A stretch of 60,084 nt of DNA, taken from Bacteroidales bacterium. GTDB taxonomy: Bacteria > Bacteroidota > Bacteroidia > Bacteroidales > Prolixibacteraceae. The DNA is taken from NCBI GenBank assembly GCA_031285325.1, contig JAITWJ010000108.1:1-60084 (forward strand), written 5' to 3'. The notes under the pieces were generated by a model. That model made no database searches and was not told the DNA's origin. It worked only from the letters and a program-made list of their open reading frames with translations. Below, piece after piece: positions 37,342-47,490 of the stretch (its first letter is position 1; every line of letters starts with the position of its first letter). The position numbers were made by a program, and so were the translations under genes.

Positions 37342-38676
37342 ATGAAACAGCAATCATTTTTTCATGCATTGAACATACGACACGATGTTTGCGTAGGATG
37401 TTCACACTGCATTAAAGTTTGTCCGACAGAGGCGCTGCGAGTGAAAGAAGGCAGGGCTTTGCTGTATCCGGACAGGTGTATAAGCTGTGGTGAGTGCTAT
37501 CGCGTTTGCCCATTCCATGCTATTGTGGTTGAAGATGACGATTTTAACCGTATATATGACTATAAATACCGTATTTTACTTATCCCATCCGTCTTTTTCG
37601 GACAGTTTAACAAGCAAATTTCAAAAGAAGAAATTAACGGTATTTTGCTGGATTTGGGTTTTACCGATATATGCCCGGTAGAACACACTGTTAAAGTTTT
37701 GAGCGAGGCAATTAAACAATATATCCCACAGCATGAACGGCCGGTTATTTCATCGTTTTGTCCGGCAGTAATTCGTCTTATACAGGTAATTTTTCCGGCG
37801 TTGGCAGGTAATATCATGCGCCTGAAACAACCTTTGGAGATAACCACTCATTACCTTCAACAGCTTTATATTCAGGAAAAAAATGCTAAGCTCGATGAGA
37901 TCGGTATTTTCTACATCACGCCATGTGCGGCAAAAATTGCGTCTAACAAAGCGCCTGTTGGAGAAAATGAATCGCCGGTAACAGGGGTTATAAACATGAA
38001 AAACTTGTATAACCGTGTATGTCAAGCTTACAAACAGAAGAATAAGCCATCTGTGGAGTTTAATACACTGCAGGTATCGGCCAGAGAAATGAAATGGACA
38101 CTTACCGGAGGAGAGGCAGAAAACTTGGCCGGATTTCGATGTTTGACGGTAGATGGCGTTAATAATGTGATAGATATTTTAGAACGCCTTGAAAACGACG
38201 AAATTACAGGAATTGACTATTTAGAGCTTCGCATGTGTGATGAAAGTTGTCCGGGAGGAATTTTAGTTCAAGGAAATCGTTTTTTAACGGCTGCACGTTT
38301 ACGCGGCTTAGCCGATACAGCTCCCATGGAAAATTCGGCAACAGACCGTTTTAACGATTATTTAATGCAAAACATGCCGGTAGGTGAAATACAGCCGCGG
38401 GCTATGGTGAAATACGATCGCGATATGGCAACGGCCTTGAAAAAAATGGAACAGGCGCGCCGACTGAAAAAACAGCTTCCAAATATTGATTGTGGAGCTT
38501 GCGGTGCACCCAGTTGCGAAGCACTTGCCGAAGATATCGTGAGAGGGTTGGCCGAACAAAATTCTTGTATTTTTATGCAGACACAACATCAGAAAGAAGG
38601 AACGTTATCCTCAGAATCGGCAATACGTATAAGAGAAAGCATTTGGGGTAAAGACCGTTTCACAGGTAAATCTTAA
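37342..38676 (+). CDS. [FeFe]-hydrogenase-like protein with divergent H-cluster motifs (putative sensory, group C/D-like)
   Basis: Two N-terminal CxxCxxCxxxCP motifs; L1 SSFCPAV, L2 TPCAAKIAS and L3 ELRMCDESCPGG; C-terminal FeS domain LPNIDCGACGAPSC...C. Confidence 0.82.
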   Translation: MKQQSFFHALNIRHDVCVGCSHCIKVCPTEALRVKEGRALLYPDRCISCGECYRVCPFHAIVVEDDDFNRIYDYKYRILLIPSVFFGQFNKQISKEEINGILLDLGFTDICPVEHTVKVLSEAIKQYIPQHERPVISSFCPAVIRLIQVIFPALAGNIMRLKQPLEITTHYLQQLYIQEKNAKLDEIGIFYITPCAAKIASNKAPVGENESPVTGVINMKNLYNRVCQAYKQKNKPSVEFNTLQVSAREMKWTLTGGEAENLAGFRCLTVDGVNNVIDILERLENDEITGIDYLELRMCDESCPGGILVQGNRFLTAARLRGLADTAPMENSATDRFNDYLMQNMPVGEIQPRAMVKYDRDMATALKKMEQARRLKKQLPNIDCGACGAPSCEALAEDIVRGLAEQNSCIFMQTQHQKEGTLSSESAIRIRESIWGKDRFTGKS

Positions 38677-38706
38677 GATTGATGAAATAATTAAACAAAA
38701 AATATC

Positions 38707-39045
38707 ATGACAGTAAGAGAGTTGGTGCAAAATTTAAATTTTCGTGTTTTTTGCGGCGAAGCGAATATGGAAAAAGAAATCAGCGGAGGTTATACTTCCG
38801 ATTTGTTAAGTGATGTTATGGGACATGCAGAGGCCGGAAATGTCTGGATTACTTTGCAGACACATAAAAATGTGGCGGCAATTGCTTCTTTAAAAGATTT
38901 GGCGGCCATTATTTTGGTCAAGGATTTCATGCCTGACGACGACATGCTGGCAAAAGCCCAAGAAGACGATATTCCTGTTCTTGGAACCGGAGAACAAACA
39001 TTTGATGTGAGCGGGAAAGTTTTTAACAGTCTGAGGGTTATTTAG
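38707..39045 (+). CDS. DRTGG/HPr-kinase N-terminal-like protein
   Basis: GGYTSDLLSDVM and VWITLQTHKNVAAIASL. Confidence 0.8.
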   Translation: MTVRELVQNLNFRVFCGEANMEKEISGGYTSDLLSDVMGHAEAGNVWITLQTHKNVAAIASLKDLAAIILVKDFMPDDDMLAKAQEDDIPVLGTGEQTFDVSGKVFNSLRVI

Positions 39046-39191
39046 GTTTAGTAAGTGAATAAAACTTTGTAGTATCATTTTATTAAGAGTTGTGATATGA
39101 TAATGAAACCTCATTTGAGAAATAATAAGATTTTAACACAATAATTTTAATAATTTATAAAGTCTTTCAGGTTGCAGAATTCAGACTACAA

Positions 39192-39917
39192 ATGATCTAT
39201 CTCGCAGATATGCATATACATACTATTCTTTCGCCTTGTGGCGATATAGAAATGACTCCTCGGCAAATTGTTTCCAAAGCAAAAGAACGAGGCTTGCATA
39301 TTATCGGCATTACCGACCACAACAGCACGCGGAACAGCGAAGAAGTGAAGAAAGTCGGAAACAGGGAAGGAATTTTTGTTCTCTGTGGTGCAGAAGTAAC
39401 GACCAAAGAAGAAGTTCATTGTCTGGCATTTTTCGAAACAACTACACAGTTAGCTGCATTTCAGCAGTTTTTAGATGATAATTTGCCATCAATAAAAAAT
39501 GATGAGGAAAAACTTGGTTACCAATTTATAATTAATGAAGAGGAAGAAATTTTGGGCAAAGAAGAATATCTGCTGATAAACGCCCTTAATAAGTCGATCA
39601 ATGAAGTGGAGGATGAAGTGCATCGCTTGGATGGCTTGTTCATTCTGGCGCACATTGATAAAATGCAAAACAGCGTACTCAGCCAGTTAGGATTTATGCC
39701 GCCAGACTTGAAAACAGATGCATTAGAACTGTCAAAACATACCGATAAGGAAATTTTTCTGAAAAAGAACAAGTATCTTTCAAACCATTTTTTTATTCAA
39801 TCGTCTGATGCCCACTATTTGGAAGATATCGGCTGTGTATATACTACCTTGGAAATGCAAGAACCGACTTTCCAAAACATAAAAAAAGAAATGAAACAAC
39901 ATGTTTACACTTATTAA
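39192..39917 (+). CDS. PHP-domain phosphoesterase
   Basis: DMHIHT.LSPC, ITDHN, GAEVTT.EEVH, AHID, and SSDAH. Confidence 0.88.
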   Translation: MIYLADMHIHTILSPCGDIEMTPRQIVSKAKERGLHIIGITDHNSTRNSEEVKKVGNREGIFVLCGAEVTTKEEVHCLAFFETTTQLAAFQQFLDDNLPSIKNDEEKLGYQFIINEEEEILGKEEYLLINALNKSINEVEDEVHRLDGLFILAHIDKMQNSVLSQLGFMPPDLKTDALELSKHTDKEIFLKKNKYLSNHFFIQSSDAHYLEDIGCVYTTLEMQEPTFQNIKKEMKQHVYTY

Positions 39918-39931
39918 TAACAAAATACACC

Positions 39932-40486
39932 ATGAACGACTTATCAATGCACGTTCTTGATATTGTACAAAACTCCATTACGGCCGGAGCCAACTTGATA
40001 GGCATTGAAGTAATCGAAAAAATCATGGAAAACACCCTGACTATATGCATATCCGACAACGGGAAAGGCATGTCGCCTGAGCAGCTAATACAGGTTACCA
40101 ACCCATATTTTACTACACGCACCACACGCAAAGTAGGATTGGGTGTGCCATTATTTAAACAGAATGCAGAGATGAGCGGTGGAAGTTTTAATATCGAGTC
40201 AAACATGGAAAAAGGAACGATTGTAACTGCTGTTTTCGGCTACAATCATTTAGACCGCCCTCCTTTGGGCGACATGGCAAATGTAGTAGTGTTATTGGTA
40301 TCATCTAATCCGGCGCTCGACTTTATATACACACACCGGTATAATGAAAAGACATATATTTTTGATACGCGTGAAGTGAAAGAAGTATTAATCCCAATAC
40401 CGGTCAACGAACCCAGAATTATTCGCATGCTTACGGAAATGATTTTGGAAAACTGTAAGGACATGAAAGAGGGAAAAAGTAATTAA
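39932..40486 (+). CDS. Stand-alone HATPase_c (histidine-kinase-like ATPase) protein
   Basis: LDIVQNSITA, DNGKGM, PYFTTRTTRKVGLG, and GT.V; no sensor or HisKA domain. Confidence 0.82.
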   Translation: MNDLSMHVLDIVQNSITAGANLIGIEVIEKIMENTLTICISDNGKGMSPEQLIQVTNPYFTTRTTRKVGLGVPLFKQNAEMSGGSFNIESNMEKGTIVTAVFGYNHLDRPPLGDMANVVVLLVSSNPALDFIYTHRYNEKTYIFDTREVKEVLIPIPVNEPRIIRMLTEMILENCKDMKEGKSN

Positions 40487-40577
40487 TTTTCTAATATTTC
40501 AAGAAATTTATTATATTGATACACAAAAACGTTACATTTACAATCAAATTTTGTTTACCATCAAAAGTTATTAAGAC

Positions 40578-40970
40578 ATGGATAAAATTAAATCGTTAGA
40601 TGATTTACGGAAAATGAAACAGGCGGTTCAATCGCAGCTCAATCTACGTGAAAGAGGAGAAAATTCTGAGAATTATGTGCAAATTAAAGTAGCAATGGCT
40701 ACTTGCGGCATTGCCGCCGGTGCACGGGAAGTAATGAATGCTTTTCTCAGAAAAATAGAAGATGATAAAATTTTGGCTATTGTTACTCAAACAGGATGTA
40801 TGGGTTATTGTCATTCCGAACCGACTGTGGAAGTAAAAAAACCAGGAGAAGAACCGATCATTTTTGGGCATGTAGATGCAAAAAAAGCCGATAGCATTGT
40901 CGATAAATATATCAAGAATGGTGAACTGCTCGAAGGTATTATTCCTGTAAATTATCAAACCATTGTCTAA
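40578..40970 (+). CDS. hndB: Thioredoxin-like [2Fe-2S] subunit of multimeric [FeFe]-hydrogenase (HndB/HydD-like)
   Basis: VAMATCGIAAGAR and TGCMGYCHSEP. Confidence 0.78.
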   Translation: MDKIKSLDDLRKMKQAVQSQLNLRERGENSENYVQIKVAMATCGIAAGAREVMNAFLRKIEDDKILAIVTQTGCMGYCHSEPTVEVKKPGEEPIIFGHVDAKKADSIVDKYIKNGELLEGIIPVNYQTIV

Positions 40971-40984
40971 ATATACCAGTTAAT

Positions 40985-42769
40985 ATGTATAAAATGCATC
41001 TTTTAGTGTGTGGAGGTACAGGTTGCCGTGCCACACAAAGCAAACAGATTGAAGAGAATCTTAGAGCCGAACTAAAAGCAAAAGGATTGGAAAATGATGC
41101 GCAGGTAATCATTACCGGATGTTTTGGATTCTGCGAGAAAGGGCCTATTGTAAAAATTCTTCCGGATAACACTTTCTACGTAGGCGTTGAATCTGAAGAT
41201 GCCGCTGAAATTGTGGAAGAACATGTACTCAAGGGACGCAGGGTAGAACGATTGCTTTATACTGACCCTGAAAATAAAGAACATATCAGCGATTCAAAGC
41301 ATATGGGTTTCTACCAGAAACAAATCCGTATCGCATTGCGCAATTGCGGCTTTATTGATCCAGAAAACATTGACGAGTACATTGCTCGCGACGGCTATTT
41401 TGCTCTCGGGAAAGTGCTTGAAATGTCGCAAACTGAAGCTATCGAAATAATGAAGAAATCGGGGCTTCGCGGTCGTGGTGGCGGAGGATTTCCCACCGGT
41501 TTAAAATGGGAAATAGCTTATAACAACAAAGCCGATCAAAAGTACGTGGTATGTAATGCCGACGAAGGCGACCCGGGTGCATTTATGGATCGTTCAATTC
41601 TTGAAGGTGATCCGCATTCAATTATCGAAGCAATGACGATTTGCGGCTATTGTATTGGCGCTTCAAAAGGTTTGGTTTATATCCGTGCCGAGTATCCGTT
41701 AGCTATCACACGCCTGCAGATAGCGCTTAAACAAGCCCGCGAATACGGTTTGATAGGGAAAAATATTTTGGGTAGGAACTTCGATTTTGATATCGAATTA
41801 CGCTACGGTGCCGGCGCCTTTGTTTGCGGCGAAGAAACAGCATTAATACACTCAATGGAAGGATTAAGAGGTGAGCCGACAGTAAAACCGCCATATCCTG
41901 CCGAGTCGGGTTATTTAGGTAAGCCTACTAACGTTAATAATGTTGAAACATTTGCAAATGTACCGGTTATTTTTCTTAAAGGACATGAATGGTTTTCAAG
42001 TATTGGAACTGCTAAATCCAAAGGAACAAAAGTATTTGCGATTACAGGCAAAATCAATAACGTAGGTTTGATAGAAGTACCTATGGGCATCACGCTTCGA
42101 GAAGTTATTTATGAAGTAGGCGGTGGTATTAAAGACGGTAAGATGTTCAAAGCTGTGCAAACAGGCGGCCCTTCCGGAGGTTGTTTAACAGAAAAGCATC
42201 TGGACACACCTATAGACTACGATAGCCTGTTGGCTGTTGGTTCAATGATGGGATCAGGAGGAATGATTGTAATGGATGAAGACGACTGTATGGTTTCCAT
42301 TGCTCGGTTCTATCTTGAATTTATACTTGAAGAATCATGCGGGAAATGTACTCCTTGCCGTATTGGTAATAAAAGGCTACATGAGATTCTTAAAAAAATT
42401 ACAGAAGGCAAAGGCGAACCGGCCGATATAGAAAGGCTCAAAGCATTGGGAAATGTTATTAAAGACACTTCGTTGTGTGGTCTTGGGCAAACAGCGCCAA
42501 ATCCTGTTCTTTCAACAATTTCAAATTTTGAGGATGAATATTTAGCTCATGTAAATGAAAAAAGATGTCCTGCAGGACAATGTAAGGCGCTTTTGAAATA
42601 TGAAGTTGATGAAAATTTATGTACGGGTTGTACGCTATGTTTCCGAAATTGTCCGGTTGGAGCAATAACCGGGGAACGCAGGCAGCCACATCATGTAAAT
42701 CAGTCGTTATGTATAAAATGTGGCGTGTGTCTTGAGAAATGTAAGTTCAATGCAATTTTGCTAACCTAA
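40985..42769 (+). CDS. hndC: NuoF-like flavin/NAD(P)H-binding subunit of [FeFe]-hydrogenase (HndC/HydB)
   Basis: N-terminal CGGTGC...GCFGFC; LRGRGGGGFPTG; NADEGDPGAFMDR; GAFVCGEETAL; GGPSGG; ESCGKCTPCR; two C-terminal [4Fe-4S] motifs. Confidence 0.9.
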   Translation: MYKMHLLVCGGTGCRATQSKQIEENLRAELKAKGLENDAQVIITGCFGFCEKGPIVKILPDNTFYVGVESEDAAEIVEEHVLKGRRVERLLYTDPENKEHISDSKHMGFYQKQIRIALRNCGFIDPENIDEYIARDGYFALGKVLEMSQTEAIEIMKKSGLRGRGGGGFPTGLKWEIAYNNKADQKYVVCNADEGDPGAFMDRSILEGDPHSIIEAMTICGYCIGASKGLVYIRAEYPLAITRLQIALKQAREYGLIGKNILGRNFDFDIELRYGAGAFVCGEETALIHSMEGLRGEPTVKPPYPAESGYLGKPTNVNNVETFANVPVIFLKGHEWFSSIGTAKSKGTKVFAITGKINNVGLIEVPMGITLREVIYEVGGGIKDGKMFKAVQTGGPSGGCLTEKHLDTPIDYDSLLAVGSMMGSGGMIVMDEDDCMVSIARFYLEFILEESCGKCTPCRIGNKRLHEILKKITEGKGEPADIERLKALGNVIKDTSLCGLGQTAPNPVLSTISNFEDEYLAHVNEKRCPAGQCKALLKYEVDENLCTGCTLCFRNCPVGAITGERRQPHHVNQSLCIKCGVCLEKCKFNAILLT

Positions 42770-42779
42770 ATCAAAAAAT

Positions 42780-44531
42780 ATGGATACTGTAAATCTTATT
42801 ATTGATAATAAACCAGTTGTTGTTAAAGCTGGGACAACTATACTTGAGGCAGCGTCAGGAATCGGAGTCCATGTACCTACACTGTGTCATATGAAACTCA
42901 GCGATCTTAATATAGAAAATAAACCGGGCGACTGCCGTGTTTGCATGGTTGAAGTAAAAGGAAGAAAAAACCTGGTTCCAGCCTGCTGTACCGAAGTCTC
43001 TAACGGTATGGAAGTAAACACTCATTCTATCAGAGTAATCAATGCGCGTCGTACAGTGCTTGAGCTTATACTTTCAGACCACCCTGCCGATTGTTTAATT
43101 TGTCCAAAATCAGGAAAATGCGATCTTCAAAACCTTGCTCATAAGTTAGGTATAAGAGAAATTCATTACCAGGGAGAACAGTCGCATTACCGTGCCGATA
43201 CTTCTCCCGCTATTATTCGCGATATCGATAAGTGCATAATGTGCCGCCGTTGCGAAATGATGTGCAACAAAGTACAGACAGTTGGAGTGTTATCGGCTAT
43301 AAACCGTGGGTTTTATTCGGTTGTTTCTCCTGCTTTCGAAATGAATCTCGATCATTCGGTATGTACTTACTGCGGACAGTGTGTGGCAGTTTGTCCAACC
43401 GGAGCCTTAACAGAAGTTGATGAAACAGGTAATGTAATCCGTGCCTTGTCAGACCCTTCAAAAACTGTAATTGTACAAACAGCACCGGCTGTAAGAGCCG
43501 CTTTGGGTGAAGAATTTGATATGGAACCCGGAACACTTGTAACAGGTAAGCTTGTTGCTGCTTTAAAACGGCTTGGTTTTGATTATGTTTTTGATACCGA
43601 TTTTGCTGCCGATCTTACCATTATGGAAGAAGGTACCGAGTTACTCAATCGATTGTCGAGAAAACTTTCAGGTGATAAAGATGTAAAACTCCCTATCCTT
43701 ACATCGTGTTGTCCGGCATGGGTGAAATTTTTCGAACATCAGTTCCCCGAATTGAAAGATATCCCTTCAACTGCACGTTCGCCGCAACAAATGTTTGGTT
43801 CGATTGCAAAAAACTGGTTTGCTGAAAAATTGGGAATCAAACGCGAAGATTTGGTCGTGGTTTCCATTATGCCATGTGTTGCAAAAAAATATGAATGCGG
43901 TCGCGATGAATTCAAAGCCAATGGTAATCCGGATGTAGATTTCGCACTTACCACCCGTGAATTTGCAGCATTAATAAAAGTTTCAAACATTGATTTCAGC
44001 ACCTTGCCAGATGAAGACTTCGATAATCCTTTGGGAGAATCAAGTGGTGCAGGAGTTATTTTCGGTACTACAGGTGGTGTTATTGAAGCTGCAGTAAGAA
44101 CAGCCTACGAATTATTTACAAATAAACCTTTGCCTCGCATAGATTTCGATGAACTTCGCGGAATGGAAGGAATAAGACAGGCTACCATAGATTTTGGAGG
44201 TTTGCCTCTTAAAATAGGAATTGCACATGGCTTGGGAAATGCAAGAAAATTACTTGAAGATGTTCAGGCAGGTAAAAGTGAATTCCATGCCATAGAAATA
44301 ATGAGCTGTCCGGGCGGTTGTATTGGTGGAGGAGGCCAACCTTATCATCATGGAAATGCAGAAATTCTGAAAAAGCGACAAATGGCTCTTTACAGGGAAG
44401 ACAAAAACAAGGTTATTCGCAAATCGCATGAAAATAAGTATATTATTGAACTTTATAAAGAGTTTCTTGAAAAGCCTTTGAGTGAAAAAGCACATCATTT
44501 GTTGCATACTGAATACTTCGATAGAACGTAG
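42780..44531 (+). CDS. hndD: [FeFe]-hydrogenase catalytic subunit, group A (HndD/HydA)
   Basis: Canonical TSCCPAW, MPCVAKKYE and EIMSCPGGCIGGGGQP; N-terminal 2Fe-2S, His-ligated HxxxCxxC and two 4Fe-4S motifs; C-terminal AHHLLHT. Confidence 0.94.
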   Translation: MDTVNLIIDNKPVVVKAGTTILEAASGIGVHVPTLCHMKLSDLNIENKPGDCRVCMVEVKGRKNLVPACCTEVSNGMEVNTHSIRVINARRTVLELILSDHPADCLICPKSGKCDLQNLAHKLGIREIHYQGEQSHYRADTSPAIIRDIDKCIMCRRCEMMCNKVQTVGVLSAINRGFYSVVSPAFEMNLDHSVCTYCGQCVAVCPTGALTEVDETGNVIRALSDPSKTVIVQTAPAVRAALGEEFDMEPGTLVTGKLVAALKRLGFDYVFDTDFAADLTIMEEGTELLNRLSRKLSGDKDVKLPILTSCCPAWVKFFEHQFPELKDIPSTARSPQQMFGSIAKNWFAEKLGIKREDLVVVSIMPCVAKKYECGRDEFKANGNPDVDFALTTREFAALIKVSNIDFSTLPDEDFDNPLGESSGAGVIFGTTGGVIEAAVRTAYELFTNKPLPRIDFDELRGMEGIRQATIDFGGLPLKIGIAHGLGNARKLLEDVQAGKSEFHAIEIMSCPGGCIGGGGQPYHHGNAEILKKRQMALYREDKNKVIRKSHENKYIIELYKEFLEKPLSEKAHHLLHTEYFDRT

Positions 44532-44589
44532 TAGTTTAATATGAAAAATTTTTATTATTCCTTGTCAAACGTTTAAAAAGGTCTTTAAA

Positions 44590-45090
44590 ATGTCAAAAAT
44601 AAAATTAGCTAACCATACAATACAGATTGTTAAAGATGTATGTGCCGAGTTTGAGAACAAAGAGGGTGAACTTATAAATATATTGCACCAAGTGCAACAT
44701 AAACTTGGTTATTTACCTGCCGAAGTTCAAGAAGCTATTGCGAAGGAATTGAAAATACCTGTAGTAAAAGTTTATGGAGTGGTAACATTTTACAGTTTCT
44801 TTACTATGGTTCCACACGGCGAAAATCCTATTTCAATTTGTATGGGTACGGCCTGTTATGTTCGTGGTGCCGAGCAGATTCTTGATGAATTTAAGCGTGA
44901 ATTAAAAGTACAGGTGGGTGAATCGACCAGTGACGGAAAATTTTCAATAAACTGTCTGCGCTGTGTGGGCGCTTGTGGTTTGGCACCTGTAGTAACTGTT
45001 GGCGAAAAAGTTTACGGGCGTGTTGCACCTAACCAGGTAAAAGAAATTATTGCCGAATATAGCAACAAAAATGTAACCGATGATGTATAA
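44590..45090 (+). CDS. hndA: NuoE-like [2Fe-2S] subunit (HndA/HydC)
   Basis: GVVTFYSFF, CMGTACYVRGA, and CVGACGLAP. Confidence 0.9.
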   Translation: MSKIKLANHTIQIVKDVCAEFENKEGELINILHQVQHKLGYLPAEVQEAIAKELKIPVVKVYGVVTFYSFFTMVPHGENPISICMGTACYVRGAEQILDEFKRELKVQVGESTSDGKFSINCLRCVGACGLAPVVTVGEKVYGRVAPNQVKEIIAEYSNKNVTDDV

Positions 45091-45237
45091 AATGTTTAAT
45101 TGACACCTACTTCGTAATATTTTATCTGATAGGCATACTGGGAATATTTTTGCATTTTCCTTTGAAATTATATTCATTGGATTTGAGATGTCAAAAATAA
45201 TCAGCACAAAAGCAAAGTAATTCAAAAAAAAAGCTAC

Positions 45238-45292
45238 AACTATGACAATTCCTGTGAATCAAAATATATGCACAGGAATTTGTCGTAGTAGC
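45238..45292. terminator. Long hairpin between convergent hndA and the aminotransferase gene
   Basis: ACTATGACAATTCCTGTG ... CACAGGAATTTGTCGTAGT. Confidence 0.6.
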
Positions 45293-45404
45293 AGGCAGTA
45301 TTTATTAAAACCCTGTAGCCCGTCTTAAACAAGATGTGTTACTGAAATTACGCAGATTGGAAATAATTTTGATTTCACAATCAGTTTTTAGGAAGGAATT
45401 TGGC

Positions 45405-46700
45405 TTATTTTGTACTCATTTCCTTACAAGCCTCATAAATACCTTCAAACAACGGTTTTATATTAGATTTGGCTACTCCTGAAAAAGCAATACGCAACAG
45501 ATTATCGAAAGCAATTACACCAATGCTGTATTTTTCGATAAGCAACTTACGTATTTTTTCGCCATCCAAGCCTTCAGCTAATTCAATACACATAAAATAT
45601 CCTGAATTAAATGGAAGCGCTTTAAAATACGATTCGTACGTTTCATTTTTCAAAACCTGTTTTACTTCGCAGTAACGGCTCTTCATTATTTCGTATTTGG
45701 CTGTTTTTTGGGTTTCATATTCAGGATGACTGTATGCTTCTAACAGAAGCGATTGTGATATATTGGCCGCATTAGAAATATTTCCGCGTATGGCACCGGC
45801 GGTTTTCGATTCGAGTGCACCGTAAATTGCAGCATCGCCGCCTTTTATACCATAAGTAATAAACCCAACGCGAAATCCCCAAACATAATCCTCTTTTGTA
45901 GGGCCATCGAGCTTAACTGCAAGAATATTTTCATGTGCCGAGCAAAGACTTGAAAATATACTTTCTCTTGCAATTCCGTCTTCGTAACATAATCCAAAAT
46001 AAGCATCGTCAATGAGTACAACAATTTTGTTCCCTTTTTCAGCCGAGGCTTTTAAAATTCTAACAAGAGATTTTTGTTCTGTTTGAGTAGGAGTGTAACC
46101 TGCCGGATTATTGGGAAAGTTTAACAGCACTATTTTTTTACCGGTTACACCTTCTTCCAGTGCTGTTTCAAATGCAGCAAGGTCGAGGCCGTCATTCTTA
46201 AAAAGTTTATACGGTTTCAATGGCGAGCCGTAAGCGTTTGTGAACGTAAGTGTGTAATTCTCCCAAAAAAGGTCAGGTACAATTACCTGATCGGCCGGAT
46301 CGCAGAACATGTATCCCGCCATACTTATACCATGGGTAAGAGCATTGGTAACTATAGGAAGGCTTATCTCTGCATTTCCTATCGACGGGTTTTTTTTGTA
46401 TATCATTTTTTTCCACTCAGCTCTGATTTCAGGACGGCCGAAACTTGGCGCATACAAAAATATCTTTTCGGGTTTTAAATCAACTCTCGAAGCAATAGAT
46501 TCTAACCGCATGGGCGAACCATTGTCTTCAACAGCCATCCCAATTGTGGCATTAATACCGGCTTTACCGGCCTCGGCCGATTGTGCCAATATTCCTTTCT
46601 TGGGAAAATAAATTGCTTTACCACGCTGCGAAAGCATTTCAAATACTGCACTGCTTTTTTCCCGAATAATTAAGTTTAGTTCTTCAGCCTGTGGATTCAT
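45405..46700 (-). CDS. Aminotransferase class I/II (PLP-dependent)
   Basis: NATIG, NFPNNPAGY, DDAYFG, DGPTKE..WGFRVG, and LRIAFS. Confidence 0.9.
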   Translation of the reverse strand: MNPQAEELNLIIREKSSAVFEMLSQRGKAIYFPKKGILAQSAEAGKAGINATIGMAVEDNGSPMRLESIASRVDLKPEKIFLYAPSFGRPEIRAEWKKMIYKKNPSIGNAEISLPIVTNALTHGISMAGYMFCDPADQVIVPDLFWENYTLTFTNAYGSPLKPYKLFKNDGLDLAAFETALEEGVTGKKIVLLNFPNNPAGYTPTQTEQKSLVRILKASAEKGNKIVVLIDDAYFGLCYEDGIARESIFSSLCSAHENILAVKLDGPTKEDYVWGFRVGFITYGIKGGDAAIYGALESKTAGAIRGNISNAANISQSLLLEAYSHPEYETQKTAKYEIMKSRYCEVKQVLKNETYESYFKALPFNSGYFMCIELAEGLDGEKIRKLLIEKYSIGVIAFDNLLRIAFSGVAKSNIKPLFEGIYEACKEMSTK

Positions 46701-46911
46701 GCTTTGGATGTTTTTTAGATTTTTATTTCAATGTGCAATAATAAATAAACGTTGAATTACTTTTATTGTATTGATGTAATTTTAATGTCTTATTTCACAA
46801 AATGCTAACGAATAAATTGCAATTTACATACAAAACGCACAGCTTATAATTTTTTCGAGCGCTGTGTGTACCATGTAATAAGAGGCCGAAATATCGGTTA
46901 ATATAAGATAA

Positions 46912-47334
46912 TTACAATAGTTTAAGAGCGCCAACTATAACGAAAAATCCGAAAAGTGCAGTCAAGCTTGTAAGAATTATAAAAAGACGGCTTGGCTGTT
47001 TATTTTTCCAATCGAGAAACAATGCAGGAATTGCCATTATTCCACAAACCACAAAACTCCAATAGGCAGGAAGAAGCATTCCTTCAAACGGAATTTGTTC
47101 TGTAAGTTCTCCTTCCATTTCTTCTATGTAAAGTTCTTCGGGAGTTAAAAATTTCGACGACCAAAAATATCCCTGACTGATTGCCCAAGCAGCATAAACC
47201 CCAAGTGTTACCAAAATAAACATGCCAATTAGCCTGAAATGCTTTTTCTTTTCAATCCAGCCATAAACAGTTACAATAATTGAAGCAAAAATAAACCATT
47301 GTGGCAACGTGTATAAAAAGACATTCTGGTTCAT
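46912..47334 (-). CDS. Hypothetical membrane protein (about 4 TM)
   Basis: 140-aa ORF with four hydrophobic segments. Confidence 0.75.
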   Translation of the reverse strand: MNQNVFLYTLPQWFIFASIIVTVYGWIEKKKHFRLIGMFILVTLGVYAAWAISQGYFWSSKFLTPEELYIEEMEGELTEQIPFEGMLLPAYWSFVVCGIMAIPALFLDWKNKQPSRLFIILTSLTALFGFFVIVGALKLL

Positions 47335-47490
47335 TGAGTTTTTATTTATTTTGTAAAGTTGTTGAAATTAATTTAATACAAACGTCTTCAGATATAATTG
47401 AATGAAAAGTGTTGCAGGCAACTATTGGGCAACCGTGCCCGAATATGCGTTATGCGCTTCATTCTCTAAAATAACTCACCGTAAAGCTAC

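Noticed and set aside
40578-45090. Respiratory complex I nuoEFG
   Set aside because: The large subunit has complete H-cluster motifs and there are no membrane nuo genes, so this is a hydrogenase.
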